Source: Capsulimonadaceae bacterium (GTDB lineage: Bacteria; Armatimonadota; Armatimonadia; Armatimonadales; Capsulimonadaceae). Taken from it: a stretch of 64,000 nucleotides of DNA. This document shows positions 9,054 through 17,710 of this stretch, piece after piece. Each line of letters starts with the position of its first letter. The stretch's first letter is position 1. The stretch covers positions 5,344,001 through 5,408,000 of the forward strand of contig OZ244065.1 in the NCBI GenBank assembly GCA_965215505.1, read 5' to 3'. The notes beneath the pieces were generated by a model. It was not told where the DNA came from. It saw nothing but the letters and a program-made list of their open reading frames with translations, and ran no database searches. Position numbers and translations under genes: made by a program.

Positions 9054-9253
9054 TTGAAGGTCAAGGAAGTCATCAAAAGGAAATCATCAAGCGGCTGGAG
9101 GCCGAGCAGTGGGTGTTCGCACGGCAAAAGGCGAGCCACCGGACGTTCAAAAAGACCGGCGTTGCCGCAGTCATCACCGTCTCTGGCATTGACAGCAAAG
9201 GCGTTTCGCCGGGGCAGTTGCAAGACATCAAGCGAAAGGCAGGCTGGGAATGA
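9054..9253 (+). pseudogene. hicA: HicA-family toxin frameshifted by a 14-bp tandem duplication
   Basis: One frame gives (M)KVKEVIK; the shifted frame gives KEIIKRLEAEQWVFARQKASHRTFKK...GQLQDIKRKAGWE*; duplication at 9063-9090. Confidence 0.75.
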
Positions 9254-9543
9254 CGACAGTTCTGACAGAAGCGCCAGCGCCAGATATGGATGCCCCCGAA
9301 GGAATCAAAGATCCCTTTACCCGGCTCCTTGACCTGACTCTCGGCTGGGGCGAGTATGTGGAGAAGGACGAGGCGGGACACCGCGACAGCGTCTCCTCCG
9401 CCGACATCTACCGCGCTTACCAGTCCATCGCCGAGTTTGCCGAGCCGTACTGCGATGCCGCGCCGGAAGTGCAGGAGATGGCCGCTCGGCATTTCGTGGA
9501 CACGCGCCTCCTGCCGTTGCTGCTGGGCAAGGCCAAGCCCTGA
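9250..9543 (+). CDS. Hypothetical acidic protein, putative antitoxin partner of hicA
   Basis: ATGA overlap with the hicA stop; 97 aa, acidic. Confidence 0.6.
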   Translation: MTTVLTEAPAPDMDAPEGIKDPFTRLLDLTLGWGEYVEKDEAGHRDSVSSADIYRAYQSIAEFAEPYCDAAPEVQEMAARHFVDTRLLPLLLGKAKP

Positions 9544-9560
9544 TCTTGTCTCCCGTGTCC

Positions 9561-11087
9561 ATGCCTGCAACGCCTGCCCAAATCCGCGCCCCAAAAACTA
9601 CGCGTCTCTGGTGGGCAATCAGTTTCTTGCTGCTGGCTCTCCTCGCCGGCGGTGCCCGCGCCCAAACGCTGCCCGTCCCCACGCCCGCCGCTCATCCCGT
9701 CCTGCTAACCCCGCCGAACTCGGCCTTCGTCCTGTTCAACGACCGCGTCCTGTTCTCGGTTTACACCTTCGGCGATCAGTCGGCGCAGGATCGGGCGGAC
9801 CTGGCAAACCTGCGCCTGGCCGAGAGCCTGCGAGGCATCTCCGAGAATGAGGCGTCGGCCAAGCCCCCGGAGGTAATCGTCGGGGAGCGCGATGCCCAGG
9901 CGGTCCTGCTGCTGGACGGGAAGATGCTGCTGACCGTAACCCAGGCCGACGCCGACCACGCGGGCCAGCCCGCCGCGTCACTCGCGCAGGCCTGGGCGGA
10001 CACCCTTAACCGCTCCTTCCGGCAGGCCCTGCGCGAGCGCCAGCCCGCCTACCTGCGCTGGGCCTGGGAGCGCGCAGCCCTGTTCCTGCTGGCCGGACTG
10101 GTCTTGTACGGGCTGGCTCGGCTCATCGCGAGGCGTCTGGGCAACCGGCTCGGCATCCCATTCCAACTGCTGCTCGTCGGGATCGTCGCCTCCCGCATCC
10201 TGGACCTGTTCCCGCAGACCCGGCCCGCTAACCTGCTGCTGCTGGCTGGCGCGGGTCGCCCGCTGACGTTATGCCTCCTGGTGGGCCTGTCGGCGGCCGT
10301 GCTGGTACGGACCTGGGGAGTCCTCCTGCGGCGGCTCTTCCCCGCCGTCCCCGAAGTTCTTTCCGCCCAGGAGCGCACCGAGCGGACCTTCCAGCGGCGC
10401 GTCACCCTGGCCCGCGTGGGGGAGGTGGCGGGTGCGTCCGTAATCTGGCTGACCGGCCTCCTGACCCTGACCGCCTGGCTCGGCGTCAACCTTTCCGCCC
10501 TGCTGACCTCGGCCGGCCTAGTTACGGTCGCCCTCGGCTTCGTCGCCCAGGACGCCCTGCGGGACTTCGTCGCCAGCCTGTATATCCTCGCCGATGACCG
10601 CTTCGGCGTCGGCGACACCATCCAGGTCGGCGCGTATGAGGGCCGCGTCGAGCGCCTGAACCTGCGCGCGACCCAGATCCGCGACATGTCGGGCCGCCTC
10701 ATCACGATCTCCAACCGGGGCATCACCGAGGTCGCGAACCTCACCGCCCGCTGGGCGCAGGTGGACTTCAAAGTCGGCGTCTCCTACTATGACGACGTGG
10801 ACAAGGCCAGCGCACTCCTGTTGGAGACAGCCCAGGCGCTGGCCAGCGAGTGGCCCGACCGTGTGCTGGCCCCGCCGGACCTGCTCGGCGTGGACTCCTT
10901 CACCGATCTCAGCGTCACGCTCCGGCTGACCCTGCGGACGCCTCCCGGCGACCAGTGGGTAGTAGCCCGCGAGCTGCGCCGCCGCGTCAAGCACGCCTTT
11001 GATGCCGCCGACATCGCCGCACTCAACAACCTTTATGCCCCACCCGCCGCCCCGCCGCGCGGACCTCAAGCCTCTACAGGTGAGTGA
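9561..11087 (+). CDS. MscS-family mechanosensitive channel with N-terminal extracytoplasmic domain
   Basis: ALGFVAQDALRDF, FGVGDTIQVG, GRVERLNLRAT. Confidence 0.85.
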   Translation: MPATPAQIRAPKTTRLWWAISFLLLALLAGGARAQTLPVPTPAAHPVLLTPPNSAFVLFNDRVLFSVYTFGDQSAQDRADLANLRLAESLRGISENEASAKPPEVIVGERDAQAVLLLDGKMLLTVTQADADHAGQPAASLAQAWADTLNRSFRQALRERQPAYLRWAWERAALFLLAGLVLYGLARLIARRLGNRLGIPFQLLLVGIVASRILDLFPQTRPANLLLLAGAGRPLTLCLLVGLSAAVLVRTWGVLLRRLFPAVPEVLSAQERTERTFQRRVTLARVGEVAGASVIWLTGLLTLTAWLGVNLSALLTSAGLVTVALGFVAQDALRDFVASLYILADDRFGVGDTIQVGAYEGRVERLNLRATQIRDMSGRLITISNRGITEVANLTARWAQVDFKVGVSYYDDVDKASALLLETAQALASEWPDRVLAPPDLLGVDSFTDLSVTLRLTLRTPPGDQWVVARELRRRVKHAFDAADIAALNNLYAPPAAPPRGPQASTGE

Positions 11088-13047
11088 CCAGCACGATGAC
11101 GGGCCGCTCGGAGACCGCCAGCGTTGCGCGGCCCGCCGTCAGGGGCAGGGGAGAGGCCGCGCCGCTCTCTTCGCCCTTGACCAGCGTGACGAGCGTAGCA
11201 GCCCCGGCCCTGCTGCCAGCGGCCAGATTGAAATGGGCCGATGTTGAGCCGTCACTCGTCGGACGCCAAACGACATACGCCCCGCCCGGCCCCACCGCGC
11301 TCTTGAAGCGGTAGACCTTCACATCGGCGCTCCCCGATGGCTCTTCGCCCGCGAAGCGCATCCCGGCCAGCCGGTCGCGCAGGGTATGGACGTAATACCA
11401 GGACGCCTTCGGCACCCACTTTCCCTTCTCCGTCACCAGCCCGCTGCTGGAAAACTGCGTCGCGTCTGCCGGGTTCACGTCCCGCAGCATGTACATCGCC
11501 GCCCGGTCCACATTGGCCGCCGCCAGGGCAAGGTAGGAACGGACCAGCCATTGCCCCTGCACTTCCTCCTGCGAATACCCGCTGATAGCCGGGGCGCGCT
11601 GGGGCGACTTGGGATTGGTGTCGTAGCCGAACTCCGTCACCCAGACCTCCTTCCCCGGCAGCTCGCGGCGGCAGTAATCTACCAGGGCCGACGCCTTGCC
11701 CCGCAGGTCGTCCGCCTCGGGGCTGATCCCCACCTGTCCCTTGCCCTGCTCGCCCCCGCTGTTGCTGTAGTGGTGGAAGTTCAGGACATCGCACGGGAAA
11801 CTCCCGCCCCGGTTCACGTCCGCCCACGCCTTCATCGTGCGGACGTAATCCAGGTTCAGCCCCGCCAGCCCGCCCATGACCAGCCTCGCCCCCGCGTCGG
11901 CGTTCTTGACCCCGAAGGTGCGCCCCATCCGGCCCTGGTCGCCGTCATAATCCGCACTGCACATCGCCGCGAACTCGGCGGGCTGGAAGTAGGCTTCGCG
12001 CCCGCCCCACCAGCCGTCCTCCTCGTTCCAGTTCTCGTAATAGCGCAGCAATCCTAGCCCTGACCGGCGCGGCTGGTCCGACGCCAGCTTCAGCGCACCG
12101 TCCGCCACTCGCGTACTGCCGTACCGGGCCGCATACTGGAACAGGTGATCGGCATGGGCCGCGTAGGAGGCCGGTGCAGTCGGGTCCTGGCCTGCCGACA
12201 CCGGCTTGTCGCTGGGTTTACCTCCGCCCGGCCCGCGCAGCCAGGCCACGCCGCCCTGTATCGCCGGGCAGACCGTCACCCCCGCCGCTTTGAGCCGCGC
12301 GTAGTAGGCATCAAAATCCCACCCGCCCCCCGCGCCGTAGCTCGGGCTCCACTTGTTCTGGTTGTTGGGGTAGCCTGGGTACGCCTTGCCGTCCCCCTCG
12401 TCCCAGTCCCAGTTGTGGTACTCACGGACGAATCCTCCGACCGTCATCTTGTCCAAGGGGTCGTCAATAAACGCATTTACGCCGATCAACCGGTCCATCG
12501 TCGGCAGGGGATGGATGACAGGAACTGGCACGGCCTCGACTGACCCGGCCGGCGTCCCATAGACGACGATCTCCGGCACCTTCGTACCCGCATCCGCCAG
12601 CGTGACCTCCAGATACCGGGTCGTGACACTCACCGGATGCGCGTTCCAGACGCCGTAGTGGCTGAGGTCGTCTGTCAGCAGGGGCATCCACCGGAACGGC
12701 CTCCCCGCCGAGATCGTGACCAGTCCTGATCCCTCTCCGTCATACAGAGACACGTCCGAAACCCGGTACACTCGCCCCAGGTCCACATCGGCCCGCGCCG
12801 GGTAGTGCCAGACCGTCCATTCTGGGAACCACGTCGAGGTCGGCACCCCGCCGTGTCCCGCTCGGGGATCGCCCGCCAACGCCTGCTCATCCACCAGCCG
12901 GCCCGCCTCCCCGAAGCCCGTCTCGTTGACGATCATTGACGCTGTGAGTGGTATCTTCTGGGGCATATCCAAGGGTGGCGCGCAGAGGGTGGCTTTTCCC
13001 ATAAGCAACAGCGAACAGAGAGCAAGGGTGGAAAGTGTTGACTTCAT
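11074..13047 (-). CDS. Secreted clan GH-A-like glycoside hydrolase with N-terminal discoidin/CBM-like domain
   Basis: Signal peptide; ENWNEE (acid/base), NFHHY, VWVTEFGY (nucleophile). Confidence 0.7.
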   Translation of the reverse strand: MKSTLSTLALCSLLLMGKATLCAPPLDMPQKIPLTASMIVNETGFGEAGRLVDEQALAGDPRAGHGGVPTSTWFPEWTVWHYPARADVDLGRVYRVSDVSLYDGEGSGLVTISAGRPFRWMPLLTDDLSHYGVWNAHPVSVTTRYLEVTLADAGTKVPEIVVYGTPAGSVEAVPVPVIHPLPTMDRLIGVNAFIDDPLDKMTVGGFVREYHNWDWDEGDGKAYPGYPNNQNKWSPSYGAGGGWDFDAYYARLKAAGVTVCPAIQGGVAWLRGPGGGKPSDKPVSAGQDPTAPASYAAHADHLFQYAARYGSTRVADGALKLASDQPRRSGLGLLRYYENWNEEDGWWGGREAYFQPAEFAAMCSADYDGDQGRMGRTFGVKNADAGARLVMGGLAGLNLDYVRTMKAWADVNRGGSFPCDVLNFHHYSNSGGEQGKGQVGISPEADDLRGKASALVDYCRRELPGKEVWVTEFGYDTNPKSPQRAPAISGYSQEEVQGQWLVRSYLALAAANVDRAAMYMLRDVNPADATQFSSSGLVTEKGKWVPKASWYYVHTLRDRLAGMRFAGEEPSGSADVKVYRFKSAVGPGGAYVVWRPTSDGSTSAHFNLAAGSRAGAATLVTLVKGEESGAASPLPLTAGRATLAVSERPVIVLVTHL

Positions 13048-13111
13048 TGTTGGCGTAGCTTCCGCGCAAGCCTCCCGATGTCCTGCCGCCTATGAGGTAT
13101 AATCAGCGCAC

Positions 13112-13531
13112 ATGCCAAAGATATATCGGGTGATGAGTGAGGCAGACGGTAGGCCAACCGTGGGCGATGGACCCACAGATTTGGGCGCTCGTGTCCCTGC
13201 GGACATTCAACCCAATACTGCTGGCTTGGTTGTTCCAGGTACAGGAGGTATGTCTGTCTCACCTCGGGTGATTGCTCTGCCGCCTCATCGTGTCCCCAGG
13301 AGATTACGTCCGCTGGTTCCAAGGGCGACAGGAAAAGATTTTCACTTCGTGTGGAGTATGGGCGGTGGACAGTTCGTGGCAGACGCTGTTGCTCTCAATC
13401 TGCGCTTGCGGCCTGATCCAGCCAACAGCAAGCATGGCTTTATTGAACCGGACGCAGCAATGCCGATGGCGGAGTACCGACAGGCGTTGGAAATAACTCA
13501 GGGCGAATGGCGAATTGATGAGGTAGGGTAA
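13112..13531 (+). CDS. Tse2-like ADP-ribosyltransferase-fold putative toxin
   Basis: IYR...GGMSVSP...HGFIEP...YRQAL pattern; TATAAT 8 nt upstream of the ATG. Confidence 0.6.
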   Translation: MPKIYRVMSEADGRPTVGDGPTDLGARVPADIQPNTAGLVVPGTGGMSVSPRVIALPPHRVPRRLRPLVPRATGKDFHFVWSMGGGQFVADAVALNLRLRPDPANSKHGFIEPDAAMPMAEYRQALEITQGEWRIDEVG

Positions 13532-13536
13532 GTGAT

Positions 13537-14406
13537 ATGAACAAGTTCCCGGACAATCCTAACTATGTGGCATACGAGCGGTTGCTGATTGAATTGCACC
13601 GCCTGATCGCAGAAGGCAAAGGCGACGACGAGGAAGCCGAGGCCGTGCGCGACCAAATGGACACTCCCTGGTACAGACTCAGTCCTGAAGAAGATGAGCG
13701 TATGGGTGGCCTCTCCGCCGACCTCTATATGCTCCAAGACGATGAAATCTACGAGGCATACGAGGGCACACAAGAGCAGCTTCGTCAATCCCTCAGCACC
13801 GCTTATCATAATCAGGATTATCAAGGGCTACTCAGCTTATTGCGTAAGGGGCCGAAGTACATTCCGCAGCAGGGTCTCGCCTCTCTACGCGCGATAGCTT
13901 ATCAAGAACTGGGGCATCTTGATGCTGCCTTAGTTTTTCTCCGCTATGCTCTGTCACACACCACTGAACTGGGCTTGGCTTTCGACCGTGAGTGGTTTCA
14001 GACGCAAATTGTAGACCTGCTCATGCGGTTGAACCGATATGATGATGCTATAGCGGAAGTTGAAGCCAGTATCAATTACTTTACTTTCCAGGACTTCCGC
14101 TTTATCGCGGCTCATGCATTGGTTCTTTGTGCTGAACATGTTGATGGAAGAACCGCACTGTCACTTTATCGGAGGGCTGCTGCTGTCATAGAAAGTATTC
14201 TTGATGACCCGGCAGAGCGTAAGAAGCTGTCTCCTTCGCTCCTCTCGACTGCCTTTCAAGTTCTCGGCGATTGTTACCGTAGTTCCGGGCAACCCCAAAA
14301 GGCAGAAGCCGCCCATGCCAGCGCAATCAGAGCGGTTAGTGATACCATCTTGCAAGCCAGGCCGCAACCACAAAACGAGTTATTCTTTCTGTCTGCCGCC
14401 GTGTAG
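13537..14406 (+). CDS. TPR-like helical protein paired with the ART-like gene
   Basis: 5-nt gap; TPR-like segments (AYQELGHLDAA, LNRYDDAIAE, LGDCYRSSGQPQKAEAA); AT-richer than the flanks. Confidence 0.65.
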   Translation: MNKFPDNPNYVAYERLLIELHRLIAEGKGDDEEAEAVRDQMDTPWYRLSPEEDERMGGLSADLYMLQDDEIYEAYEGTQEQLRQSLSTAYHNQDYQGLLSLLRKGPKYIPQQGLASLRAIAYQELGHLDAALVFLRYALSHTTELGLAFDREWFQTQIVDLLMRLNRYDDAIAEVEASINYFTFQDFRFIAAHALVLCAEHVDGRTALSLYRRAAAVIESILDDPAERKKLSPSLLSTAFQVLGDCYRSSGQPQKAEAAHASAIRAVSDTILQARPQPQNELFFLSAAV

Positions 14407-14466
14407 CCGCGCAATCTCCATTGGGCATCCCCGTACAAGTATGGTATAAGCCCCTCGGAGAAACAC

Positions 14467-14736
14467 ATGCACGAACTACAGGCGATGGACCTCGCCCGCC
14501 GCTCCATCCTGATCGCCCTGCAATTATCCCTGCCGATCCTCGTCCTGTCCCTGGTCGTCGGCGTCATCGTCAGCCTCTTCCAGGCCGTGACGCAGATCCA
14601 GGAGCAGACCCTGACGTTCGTGCCCAAGATCATCGTCCTCGTGCTGGCCCTCGTCGTGCTGGGGCCGTGGATGCTCCACACCATCGTCGGGTTCACGTCC
14701 GGGCTGCTGACGAGCCTGCCGGCGACGATGCGGTAG
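14467..14736 (+). CDS. fliQ: Flagellar export protein FliQ
   Basis: SLFQAVTQIQEQTLTFVPK, GPWM. Confidence 0.95.
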   Translation: MHELQAMDLARRSILIALQLSLPILVLSLVVGVIVSLFQAVTQIQEQTLTFVPKIIVLVLALVVLGPWMLHTIVGFTSGLLTSLPATMR

Positions 14737-14749
14737 GCGGCAACCCCCG

Positions 14750-15535
14750 ATGTTCGACCTCGCCGCCTTCTCCGCCGACTCCTTCTGGGCCTTCTTGCAG
14801 GTCTTCGTGCGCGTCTCCTCCCTGTTCGTCACCGCGCCCGTCTTCGGCAGCCGCGAGATACCCTCTCAGGTCAAGGTCGGCCTGGCGACCCTGCTCTCCC
14901 TCGTCCTGCTGCCCTTGGTCAAGGCGACGCTGACCCAGACCGTGCCCGCTTCCGTCTTCGGCATGGCCGCCGTCCTGCTGGGGCAGGCCCTGATCGGCCT
15001 GATGATCGGTCTGGTCGTGTCCCTGACCTTCGTCGCCGTCCGCGTCGGGGGCGACCTGATTGACTACCAGATGGGCTTCACACAGGCGGCGACGTTCAAC
15101 CCGCAGTTCAACGAAACCGTCTCGCCCATCGCCTCGTTCCAGTACCGCTACGCCATCGTTCTGTACCTCCTCGCCAACGGTCACTGGCTGCTGCTGGCCG
15201 CCCTGGAGCGGTCGTTCGTCTCCCTGCCCGTCGCGCAGCTCTCGGTCCCGAGGCTGGCGGGCACCTTCACCGACCTGACCTTCGGGATGCTGGTCGCCGG
15301 CCTACAGATCGCCGCCCCGGCGGGGGCCGTGCTGCTGGTGACGGACATCGCGTTCGCCTTCCTGAACCGGGCGATGCCCTCCATGCAGGTCTTCTACGTC
15401 GGGATGCCGGTTAAGGTCCTGGTCGGCTTCGTCGTGGTCATCGCCGTCATCCCGCTGCTGACCTCGGTGACTTCGGGGCTGGTCCTCGGCTCGCCGCACC
15501 AGGTCGCCGTCCTGCTGCGGGGGATGCACAGGTAA
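14750..15535 (+). CDS. fliR: Flagellar export protein FliR
   Basis: APVFGSREIP, GDLIDYQMGF, NRAMPSMQVF. Confidence 0.93.
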   Translation: MFDLAAFSADSFWAFLQVFVRVSSLFVTAPVFGSREIPSQVKVGLATLLSLVLLPLVKATLTQTVPASVFGMAAVLLGQALIGLMIGLVVSLTFVAVRVGGDLIDYQMGFTQAATFNPQFNETVSPIASFQYRYAIVLYLLANGHWLLLAALERSFVSLPVAQLSVPRLAGTFTDLTFGMLVAGLQIAAPAGAVLLVTDIAFAFLNRAMPSMQVFYVGMPVKVLVGFVVVIAVIPLLTSVTSGLVLGSPHQVAVLLRGMHR

Positions 15536-15538
15536 TCC

Positions 15539-16612
15539 ATGGCCGAAGGCGAAGAAAAATCGTTCCCCGCCACGCCCAAGCGGCGGGAGGAGGCGCGCAA
15601 GAAAGGGCAGGTCGCCCGCTCCTCGGAGTTCGGCGCGGCCCTGACTCTGCTGGCCGTCGTGCTGACGCTCCACGCCCTGCTGCCCGGCGAGGGCGGCCTG
15701 AGCCTGCTGCGCGACCTGCAATCCACCTTCCAGTTCAGCCCCCACGACTCCGCCTTCACCTTCACGACCGTGCATCAGTGGCACACACGCGCATTGGGCT
15801 GGGAGGCGAAGATCGTCCTGCCCGTCCTGCTCCTGGCCGTCGCCCTGGGCCTGGTCTCGGGCGTCGGCCAGGTGGGGTTCGCCGTCACGCCCGAAGCGCT
15901 GGCCCCGCAGTGGAACCGGGTCAATCCCGCCACCGGCCTGAAGCGGCTGCTCTCGACGCGCGGCTCGGTCGAGGCGCTCAAGGGCCTGCTCAAGATGGGG
16001 CTGGTCGGCGGCGTCTGCTACAACACCCTGCGCGGCGGGATCGAGTCGGGCGAGCTGCTCCGCACCATGGGCGAGCCGCTGACCGAGGTAGTCTCGGTCG
16101 TGGGCGGCCTGATCTGGACCCTGGGCCTGCGCGTGAGCGTCATCCTGATGATCCTCGCCGTCGCGGACTATGCCTACCAGAAGTACGAGTTCGAGAAGTC
16201 GCTGAAGATGAGCCTCACCGAGATCAAGCAGGAGGCCAAGCAGTCCGACGGCGACCCGCAGATCAAGGCCAAAATCCGGCGGCTCCAGCGCGAGATGGCC
16301 AAACGGCGTATGATGCAGGACGTGCCCAAGGCCGACGTCGTCGTCACCAACCCCACCCACTACGCCGTCGCCCTGACCTATGACGGGGGAGGGTCCGCCC
16401 CCAAAGTGGTCGCTAAAGGCCGGGACGAGGTCGCCGCCCGCATCCGCGAGATCGCCCGCGAGAACAAGGTCCCACTGGTGGAAAACAAGCCCCTCGCCCG
16501 CACCCTCTACAGCACGGTCGAGATCGGCCGCGAAATCCCCGCCGACCTCTTTGAGGCAGTCGCTCAAGTGCTGGCCTTCGTCTACCGCACCTACGGCCGC
16601 CGGAAGCGTTAG
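15539..16612 (+). CDS. flhB: Flagellar export switch protein FlhB
   Basis: ATPKRREEARKKGQVARS, DGDPQIK, NPTH autocleavage motif. Confidence 0.95.
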   Translation: MAEGEEKSFPATPKRREEARKKGQVARSSEFGAALTLLAVVLTLHALLPGEGGLSLLRDLQSTFQFSPHDSAFTFTTVHQWHTRALGWEAKIVLPVLLLAVALGLVSGVGQVGFAVTPEALAPQWNRVNPATGLKRLLSTRGSVEALKGLLKMGLVGGVCYNTLRGGIESGELLRTMGEPLTEVVSVVGGLIWTLGLRVSVILMILAVADYAYQKYEFEKSLKMSLTEIKQEAKQSDGDPQIKAKIRRLQREMAKRRMMQDVPKADVVVTNPTHYAVALTYDGGGSAPKVVAKGRDEVAARIREIARENKVPLVENKPLARTLYSTVEIGREIPADLFEAVAQVLAFVYRTYGRRKR

Positions 16613-16718
16613 CGCCTCCCCGGAACTACTCCCAAACGCGGGCAGGTATTTCCCCTGTCTTCCGCGAACAGGGGAGCGTCGTCAAGCGGGCGAACATCAT
16701 CACGAGGGGTAGCAGGAC

Positions 16719-17240
16719 ATGATCAACGGTCCGGGCGACATGCAGTACGCCGTTGCCCAAAGACAAACGCAGGTCGGCGGCGGCTGGTTCTTCTAGATCG
16801 CCGGGTTTTCCGTCGTCAATTCCCTTATGAGCCTCGCCGGGGCAGGCATCCATTTTGCGGTCGGGCTGGGCACGACCGAGTTGTTTGATGTTTTCGGGGG
16901 CCACTCCGGGGCGGCGGGCAAGGGGGTCGCACTCGGCCTGGACATCCTGGCCGCCGGCTTCTATGCGCTGTACGGGCTGTTCGCGCGCAAAGGGGCGCGC
17001 TGGGCTTTCGTGGCCGGAATGGTCTTCTATGCCCTCGATGGGCTGCTGCTGCTTTATGTGAAGGACTGGCTGGCCGCCGCCTTCCACGCCTACGTCCTGT
17101 TCCGGCTCTTCCAGGGATTCCAGGCCGCCGGGCAGCTCGCCGCCCTGCGCGCCCAGTCGTCGGGCGGCCCCTACGCCGGCTATGTGCCGCCCGCCTCCGC
17201 CCCTTCAAATGACGTCTGGCCCCCGCCCCCCAATGTTTGA
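16719..17240 (+). pseudogene. Membrane protein gene interrupted by an in-frame TAG at 16794-16796
   Basis: SD AGGA plus ATG at 16719; reads GGGWFF*IAGFSVVNSLMSL in frame with ORF 16827..17240. Confidence 0.65.
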
Positions 17241-17278
17241 ACCTGTGTTATAATGGAAGCATATAGAAGCAAAAAGCA

Positions 17279-17686
17279 ATGGAAATCATCATCTTCGTGG
17301 ACGGCGCCTCTAAAGGCAACCCCGGCGCGGCGGGCATCGGCGTCCTCGTGACCGACGCGGACGGCGTGACCCTGGCCGAGATCGGCGAGGGCATCGGGCA
17401 GACCACCAACAACGTCGCCGAGTACAAGGCCCTCATCCGGGGACTGGAGGAGGCACACGCGCGCGGCGCGCGGCGTGTCACTGTCCACACCGACAGCCAG
17501 CTCATGGCGCGGCAGATGGAGGGGCGCTACAAGATCAACGCCCCGCACCTGAAGGCGCTCCAGCAGGAGGCATCCGCCCTCTGCCGGCTGTTCCCCGGCG
17601 GCGTCACCCTGACACACATCCTGCGCGAAGGCAACGCCCGCGCCGACCAGCTCGCCAACCAGGGGGCGCGTCTGGCGGCGGCCTGA
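17279..17686 (+). CDS. rnhA: Ribonuclease HI family protein
   Basis: FVDGASKGNPG, TNNVAEY, TDSQL, NARADQLAN. Confidence 0.9.
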   Translation: MEIIIFVDGASKGNPGAAGIGVLVTDADGVTLAEIGEGIGQTTNNVAEYKALIRGLEEAHARGARRVTVHTDSQLMARQMEGRYKINAPHLKALQQEASALCRLFPGGVTLTHILREGNARADQLANQGARLAAA

Positions 17687-17710
17687 CTTCACCGAGAAGG
17701 CGAGGACCTA

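Noticed and set aside
9042-9332. 96-aa ORF after queD
   Set aside because: It is the out-of-frame continuation of the frameshifted hicA
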